Of a stretch of DNA of 64,000 nucleotides, positions 59,120-64,000 are shown in pieces. The stretch spans positions 12,134-76,133 of the forward strand of contig MGVA01000018.1 of assembly GCA_001800245.1 (NCBI GenBank), in the 5' to 3' direction. Numbering within the stretch: the first letter of the stretch is position 1; every line of letters begins with the position of its first letter. The notes under the pieces are model-generated. The model did no database searches. It worked only from the letters and a program-made list of their open reading frames with translations, and had not been told where the DNA came from. The translations under genes and the position numbers were made by a program. Source of the DNA: Elusimicrobia bacterium RIFOXYA12_FULL_51_18. GTDB taxonomy: Bacteria > Elusimicrobiota > Elusimicrobia > Elusimicrobiales > UBA9959.

Positions 59120-59980
59120 ATGAATAAGATTCTAATGACGCTAGTTATGATGGGAATGGCCGGCGGCGCGTATGCCGCTGACTTAAGCGATTTAGGAGTG
59201 ACGGCTTCCGACTTGAAAGCTCTGTCCGAGAAAAGTGGAATCGTACCCCCGACTATTACCAAAGGCTATGTCGCGGGCAATGATCCGTCGGCGGGCGTGC
59301 CGGTAAAGCCTGTTGAGTGGGTGTCTATTCCCGGCGGGAAATTTACGATGGGAACGGACGCGGACGGATTTGTAGACGCGAAACCGATCCATGAGGTAGC
59401 CATCAAGACTTTTCAAATGTCCAAAACGCTGGTGACCGTGGAGCAATATGCCGAATGTGTAAGCAAGGGTAAATGCACGGAACCCGCCAAGGGCGATTAT
59501 TGCAACTGGGGCGAGACGGGGCGGCAAAATCATCCGGTCAACTGCGTGAGTTGGGCTCAGGCGAATCAATATGCAGGATTCAAAGGCGGAAGGCTTGCCA
59601 GCGAGTCGGAATGGGAATATGCTGCCACCAGCGGCGGAAAGAATCAGAAGTACCCATGGGGCAATGCGGACGCCACCAGCGACCTGGCTGTGATGGATAA
59701 CTACGGCACAATGCCGGTTTGCTCTAAGCCCGCCGGCGACACTGCGCAGGGATTGTGCGATATGGCCGGGAACGTCTGGCAGTGGGTGCAGGATAAATAT
59801 CAGAACTCGTATAACGGCGCGCCCGCCGACGGCGGCGCGTTTGAAGCTGCGGGTTCCCTCCGGGTGATACGCGGCGGTTCCTTCTACAATGTTACCGCCA
59901 GAAATTTGCGGGCCGATTTCCGCAATCAAACCGGACCCGACTCCAGCAGCGACATCATCGGGTTCCGTATCGCGAAGTGA
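59120..59980 (+). CDS. Formylglycine-generating-enzyme (SUMF1) family C-type-lectin-fold protein, secreted
   Basis: RBS GGAGG lies before the ATG at 59120. The signal peptide is MNKILMTLVMMGMAGGAYA. Motifs are HPVNCVSW, ESEWEYAA, GNVWQWV and RGGSF. Confidence 0.85.
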   Translation: MNKILMTLVMMGMAGGAYAADLSDLGVTASDLKALSEKSGIVPPTITKGYVAGNDPSAGVPVKPVEWVSIPGGKFTMGTDADGFVDAKPIHEVAIKTFQMSKTLVTVEQYAECVSKGKCTEPAKGDYCNWGETGRQNHPVNCVSWAQANQYAGFKGGRLASESEWEYAATSGGKNQKYPWGNADATSDLAVMDNYGTMPVCSKPAGDTAQGLCDMAGNVWQWVQDKYQNSYNGAPADGGAFEAAGSLRVIRGGSFYNVTARNLRADFRNQTGPDSSSDIIGFRIAK

Positions 59981-60030
59981 AGCCGCGGGCGTCAGGATGT
60001 TTTGATTCTTGAGGTCTTATAGATATATCT

Positions 60031-60060
60031 CCGGGCACGGCAGTAAACGGCCGTGCCCGG
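60031..60060. terminator. Hairpin between convergent genes
   Basis: The stem is CCGGGCACGGC-agtaaacg-GCCGTGCCCGG, with only a weak T-run. Confidence 0.5.
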
Positions 60061-60075
60061 TTGCATTTAAAGCGG

Positions 60076-60582
60076 CTATTCCTGTTCTTCGGCTTCGGTT
60101 TGAAGGACAGTTATCATTATCTGTGCGCAGGCCGCGGCGTCCGAGAGCGCGTTGTGATGTTTAAGCGGAATGCTTAAATGGTGGCATACGTGGGAAAGTT
60201 TGGCGGGGGAGATCTTAAGGACTTTTCGGGCCAGTTTTACGGTGCATCGGAAGGGCTGTTTCGGGATGCTAACTCCTGCCTGGGTGCAGCAGGCGTGAAG
60301 CACGCCCTTGTCAAAGCTTGCGTTATGCGCGACGAAAAATTCCGCGCCTTTAAAAAATTCATCCATTTTGTTCCAGAGCTGTCCGAAGGTAGGGGCTTTT
60401 TTTACATCCGCCCAGGTCAGGCCGTGGATCTCGGTAAACACGAACGTCTGCCGCGGCGGCCTGATCAGGTGGTGTTCGCTGCGGACTATCTTGTTGTCCT
60501 CCACGCGTACCAGTCCCACGGAACAAGCTGAATCTCTGCCGTAATCGGCTGTTTCAAAATCTATGGCTACGAAAGCGGACAT
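60076..60582 (-). CDS. DEDDh 3'-5' exonuclease domain protein
   Basis: The three exonuclease motifs are VAIDFETAD, FVAHNASFD and HNALSDAAA. Confidence 0.85.
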   Translation of the reverse strand: MSAFVAIDFETADYGRDSACSVGLVRVEDNKIVRSEHHLIRPPRQTFVFTEIHGLTWADVKKAPTFGQLWNKMDEFFKGAEFFVAHNASFDKGVLHACCTQAGVSIPKQPFRCTVKLARKVLKISPAKLSHVCHHLSIPLKHHNALSDAAACAQIMITVLQTEAEEQE

Positions 60583-60797
60583 TATTGTTTTTCGTCCTCA
60601 TCTCTCATAAGTTGCGATACGATGATTATGATAGCAAAAATAAAATCCGGAAGCCGGGACGGAGGCTGGACAGGCTTTGCGCACTGGCCCCGCCATAATC
60701 TGATCATCTGAAAGTTGACATGGATGGCTTAAGCTATCCGCGTAATGATACTATTGATATTAGGGAAACTTGTGGAGACAAAACAGGTCTAAATCTT

Positions 60798-61433
60798 ATG
60801 TGCGTAAGATATTCGCAAACCTTTGAAACCGGTTCTCTTATAAAACGTTTCGGAGTGAAGCAGCCGAGCATGCCGGTGCGCCCCAGTTATAATATTTCGG
60901 CTGGACAGAGCGCTCCGGTGATAGCCGGCGGCGTTATCAAAATACTGAAGTGGGGCTTTATACCCGGCTGGGCCGGAAACGATATACATGAGGGGATCAT
61001 AAACGTACGCGCGGAAGGCATAACCTCAAGGCCCGCTTTTAAGACGGCTTTTTATAAAAGCCGATGTGTAGTGCCCGCAGACGGGTTCTATGAATGGGCG
61101 CACACAGCGGGTGAGAAAGTGCCATACAGGTTCGAACTCCGGGATAAAGAACTTTTTGCCATGGCCGGCGTTTATGACGAAACGACCGGTACTTACGCCA
61201 TAGTTACCTGCTTATCCAACGCTCTCATAAAGAGCGTTCAGCACCGGATGCCGGTGATACTGGACAAAGAGCGGGAAAAGCTCTGGCTGGATATGCGTTC
61301 CAGCAATACCGAAGAACTGTTGCCTATTCTGAGGGCTTACGATTCCGGGCTTATGCACGGCTACAAAGTTTCAGCTATGGTGAATTCCCCCGAAAACGAT
61401 TCCCCCGATTGTCTGAAGCCCCCGCAGCCGTAG
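60798..61433 (+). CDS. SOS-response-associated peptidase (SRAP/YedK family, abasic-site processing)
   Basis: I chose the start at 60798, giving MCVRYS with the catalytic Cys2. The ORF is open from 60720. The motif VPADGFYEW is present. Confidence 0.85.
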   Translation: MCVRYSQTFETGSLIKRFGVKQPSMPVRPSYNISAGQSAPVIAGGVIKILKWGFIPGWAGNDIHEGIINVRAEGITSRPAFKTAFYKSRCVVPADGFYEWAHTAGEKVPYRFELRDKELFAMAGVYDETTGTYAIVTCLSNALIKSVQHRMPVILDKEREKLWLDMRSSNTEELLPILRAYDSGLMHGYKVSAMVNSPENDSPDCLKPPQP

Positions 61434-61541
61434 GTGTCAGGCTCCTCCCTGCGCGCTGGAAAAAGAAATCAAAAGGTTTAAATTATTTCAAGAACGAAGC
61501 CTGATTTTATAGAATTACACTATTGACCTGAAGAATATTTA

Positions 61542-63122
61542 ATGAAAATAAAGACTCTGTTGGCTGCATCCCTTGTTTTTTTCAAGGCCGGGATACTTTC
61601 CGCCGCCGATTGCGCGCCGGCCCGGGTATTGTATGATAAAGGTGGTTTTGCGGAGGCCGAAAAGATTTTGTTGGCTATCCCCGGTACTCTGGACCTTCCA
61701 TGTCTCAAGCTGCTTGCTGAAAGCCAGCTGGCCCAGGGCCGGCTAAAAGAGGCGGCCGTATCTTTTGGCAAGGTGTCGAAATCGGCCAACCAGGATAAAG
61801 ACAGCCTGCGCAATCTGGCCAGACTGTACAGCTGGACCAACCGGTTCAGCGAATCAGTGGCCGCTTATGATGCGGTCATTTCGTTGGATCCGGCTGATTT
61901 CAGCTCGGCAGTGGAAAAAGCCAGGGTGCTGGGCTGGGATAAAAGATATATAGAAGCGTCTTTGGCTTACAAGACGGCTTTTGAAATCTCAAAACAGGCC
62001 TGGATAGAAGAGGAAAGGCTCGGTAAGGAGAACATGTGGAGCCGCAGGCCCGCCACCGGGCTCAGGCATCTGGAAAAAGCGGCGGAACTTAATGACGGAG
62101 ATACCGAAGTTCTTTTCGATTTGGCGCAGTTCTATTCCGGAAGCGGTGAATATGAGCGCGCCCGGTCGTATTACGACCGTCTGCTGAAAACAGCGCCATA
62201 TCATACGGCCGCTATCAGATCAGCGGGAAAGAACTCTGTTAATTTGGATAAGTTCAGACTTTTTACAGGAGCCGATCTCTGGGACGCGCACAGTTCCGAG
62301 AGAATGACCGATGTGCGGCGTCTTAACTATTTTGCCGCGCTCTCAAAACGTCTGGACCGGCGGTTCATGCTCACCGGCACGGGATCCGCCGGACGCTATT
62401 CTTTTAAAGGAGCCCCCTCGCTGGATGAGCGGGGGGGAGGGCTGGCGCTCGATTATAGCGGCGGTTTTGAATGCGGCGCCGGGGTGTCTTATGCGAAGAA
62501 AGCTTATGTTCAGAACGTAAGCTCTCGTGAGAGTTATAGCGTTTACGGGTGGAAAAAAGCGCTGGAGAATTTGAGTATCTCGGCCGCGGCCGGGAAAGAG
62601 AATCTGCTGAACAACTATGCCAATGTAAAAGAATCCAGGGATAATTCATACCGGAACCTGCGCGCCGATTGGGATGCGAACAGGTTTATGCTGGCTGGAG
62701 CGGATTGGCGCGGCGGTAAGATCAACGATGGAAATAAATTCGAGATGTACGGCGCCGACGCGCGCCTGATGTATTATGAGGAACCCGCGGCTTTTTATTC
62801 GATACTGCGATACGAAAAGCGGCGGTATAACCGCCATTCCGGTTATTATTTCGCCCCCAAAGATTATAATACTTATTCGTTTACCCAGGTCTTTAAAAAA
62901 AATATAGGCGAAGAAGGCCTGTATTACGGGGCCGCAGATACGTATTACGAATTTAAATGCGCCATCGCTTATGATGAAAGCGCCTACCTGTCGTTCCATC
63001 CCTCGCTGGTTTTATACAAGGACTTTTCAACCTGCCTGAACCTCAAAGCCGGCTGGTCCTTGACCGCCTCGCATTATTATCGGGATAATTATTATTTCCT
63101 GCATGCCGGTTGGATGTTTTGA
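61542..63122 (+). CDS. TPR domain fused to an outer-membrane beta-barrel (YaiO/PgaA-like)
   Basis: A signal peptide is followed by N-terminal TPR-like helices. The C-terminal half is aromatic-rich with alternating strands and ends ...HAGWMF. Confidence 0.6.
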   Translation: MKIKTLLAASLVFFKAGILSAADCAPARVLYDKGGFAEAEKILLAIPGTLDLPCLKLLAESQLAQGRLKEAAVSFGKVSKSANQDKDSLRNLARLYSWTNRFSESVAAYDAVISLDPADFSSAVEKARVLGWDKRYIEASLAYKTAFEISKQAWIEEERLGKENMWSRRPATGLRHLEKAAELNDGDTEVLFDLAQFYSGSGEYERARSYYDRLLKTAPYHTAAIRSAGKNSVNLDKFRLFTGADLWDAHSSERMTDVRRLNYFAALSKRLDRRFMLTGTGSAGRYSFKGAPSLDERGGGLALDYSGGFECGAGVSYAKKAYVQNVSSRESYSVYGWKKALENLSISAAAGKENLLNNYANVKESRDNSYRNLRADWDANRFMLAGADWRGGKINDGNKFEMYGADARLMYYEEPAAFYSILRYEKRRYNRHSGYYFAPKDYNTYSFTQVFKKNIGEEGLYYGAADTYYEFKCAIAYDESAYLSFHPSLVLYKDFSTCLNLKAGWSLTASHYYRDNYYFLHAGWMF

Positions 63123-63183
63123 CGTTCGCAAAAATAGCCGGCCGCGCGTAATTAACACCCCGCTTGGCAAACTGCCGGATGTG

Positions 63184-63218
63184 AAAAAAGGGCGCCCGTC
63201 TTGAACGGACGCCCTTTT
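63184..63218. terminator. Bidirectional terminator hairpin
   Basis: aaaaaAGGGCGcCCGT-cttga-ACGGaCGCCCTttt lies between convergent genes. Confidence 0.65.
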
Positions 63219-63235
63219 CGTTAGTGCCCGAAAGG

Positions 63236-63973
63236 TTACTCCAACGACGCGCTGGTTATGTAATCCAGTTTGGGGAAGTCTTTCTTGAAGTATGCGTTGC
63301 CCTGCATCTGGGCGCGGCCCTGTTCCGGGCCCATGCCGGACGGAGCGCCTTCTCCGTAGCCGGAATAAATGCTCTCCACTACTTCCATCCCTTTTGTTAC
63401 TTTGCCGAATGGCGCGAAGTTCATGGAATCCAAGCGGGAGTTATCTCCGTAGTTGATGAACAACTGTGTGGTCCGGGTGTCGGGTCCGGCCATTGCGTAG
63501 GTTATATAGCCTTTGAGATTGGACTGGGCCGGAACATCATCCGCTATGCCGGCTTCCCTCCATTTGGCGCTGACCGCGGGGTCGCCGTGGATGCCGAACT
63601 GGACCATAAAGCCGGATATTACGCGAAAGAAGGCCAGATCGGTGAAATATCCGATCTTGACCAGATTGTAGAACCGGTCGGCGCCCAGCGGGGCCCAGGC
63701 ACGGGTGACATCTACGGTGAAATCTCCTTTGGTGGTTTTGAAGTTCACTTTGAATGTTTCCGGAGATTTTTCATTAGCTTTTGAGGGGTTTAAAAGTGCC
63801 TGCATATCTTTTTTTGTCTCCTTAACGCCGCTGCCTCCGGCAGACTGTTGCGTAGTCGGAGTTGCGGCGGTTATTTCTTCGGTCGGAGCCGTTTCCTGCT
63901 TATTGTTTGAGCAGGCCACGGCGGTCAATATAACTGAAAAGGCTATAAGTCTGAGGATAGTTACGATCTTCAT
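63236..63973 (-). CDS. Cyclophilin-type peptidyl-prolyl cis-trans isomerase, lipoprotein
   Basis: Lipobox TAVAC, a low-complexity linker, and the cyclophilin motifs FFRVISGFMVQFG and FGKV. Confidence 0.88.
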   Translation of the reverse strand: MKIVTILRLIAFSVILTAVACSNNKQETAPTEEITAATPTTQQSAGGSGVKETKKDMQALLNPSKANEKSPETFKVNFKTTKGDFTVDVTRAWAPLGADRFYNLVKIGYFTDLAFFRVISGFMVQFGIHGDPAVSAKWREAGIADDVPAQSNLKGYITYAMAGPDTRTTQLFINYGDNSRLDSMNFAPFGKVTKGMEVVESIYSGYGEGAPSGMGPEQGRAQMQGNAYFKKDFPKLDYITSASLE

Positions 63974-64000
63974 AAGTATAAATTCTGCCTTTTTTGGTGA

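Noticed and set aside
59120-59980. I considered a diversity-generating retroelement target. The FGE/C-type-lectin-fold protein has a C-terminus (RGGSFYNVTARNLRADFRNQTGPDSSSDIIGFRIAK) that resembles typical DGR variable regions.
   Set aside because: The window contains no reverse transcriptase. I also could not find a template repeat, meaning a second near-identical copy of the last ~120 nt. The fold alone is common outside DGRs.

Overview
This is a moderately GC-rich chromosomal segment from a diderm (Gram-negative-type) anaerobe, probably an uncultivated lineage. That assignment is inferred from gene content only, because I see no rRNA or tRNA in the window. I can support about 58 protein genes.

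Ordinary content:
- DNA metabolism and repair: dnaX, recR, comEC, nadK, recN, tatD, dinB, rnhA, radC, an SRAP peptidase and two DEDDh exonucleases.
- A TatT-DctPQM (TPAT-type TRAP) transporter operon with malQ and ridA.
- Tryptophanase, a MurC-family ligase coupled to a ThiS/MoaD-like protein, a flavodiiron protein and a FIST-adenylate cyclase.
- A translationally coupled hdrCBA-mvhDGA operon (group 3c [NiFe] hydrogenase / heterodisulfide reductase).

Unusual content:
1. At 16.1-26.6 kb, six co-directional genes encode N-terminally membrane-anchored, Gly/Ser/Ala-rich low-complexity proteins. I cannot place any of them in a known family. This is my best candidate for an undescribed envelope or surface system.
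2. A hairpin-rich element of about 220-260 nt occurs twice (1559-1822 inverted, and 21907-22130 inside the cluster). Its stems carry compensatory substitutions between the copies. Each copy ends just 5' of the RBS of the downstream gene.
3. A mosaic family of MITE-like repeats brackets the patatin and htpX genes and interrupts the hydrogenase locus.
4. An A10 tract in dnaX is followed immediately by a -1-frame TGA.
5. A signal-peptide-bearing coiled-coil protein is fused to a ClpP-like domain.

I recognised no CRISPR array, cas gene, transposase, integrase or reverse transcriptase. All family assignments come from reading motifs by eye and need HMM confirmation.
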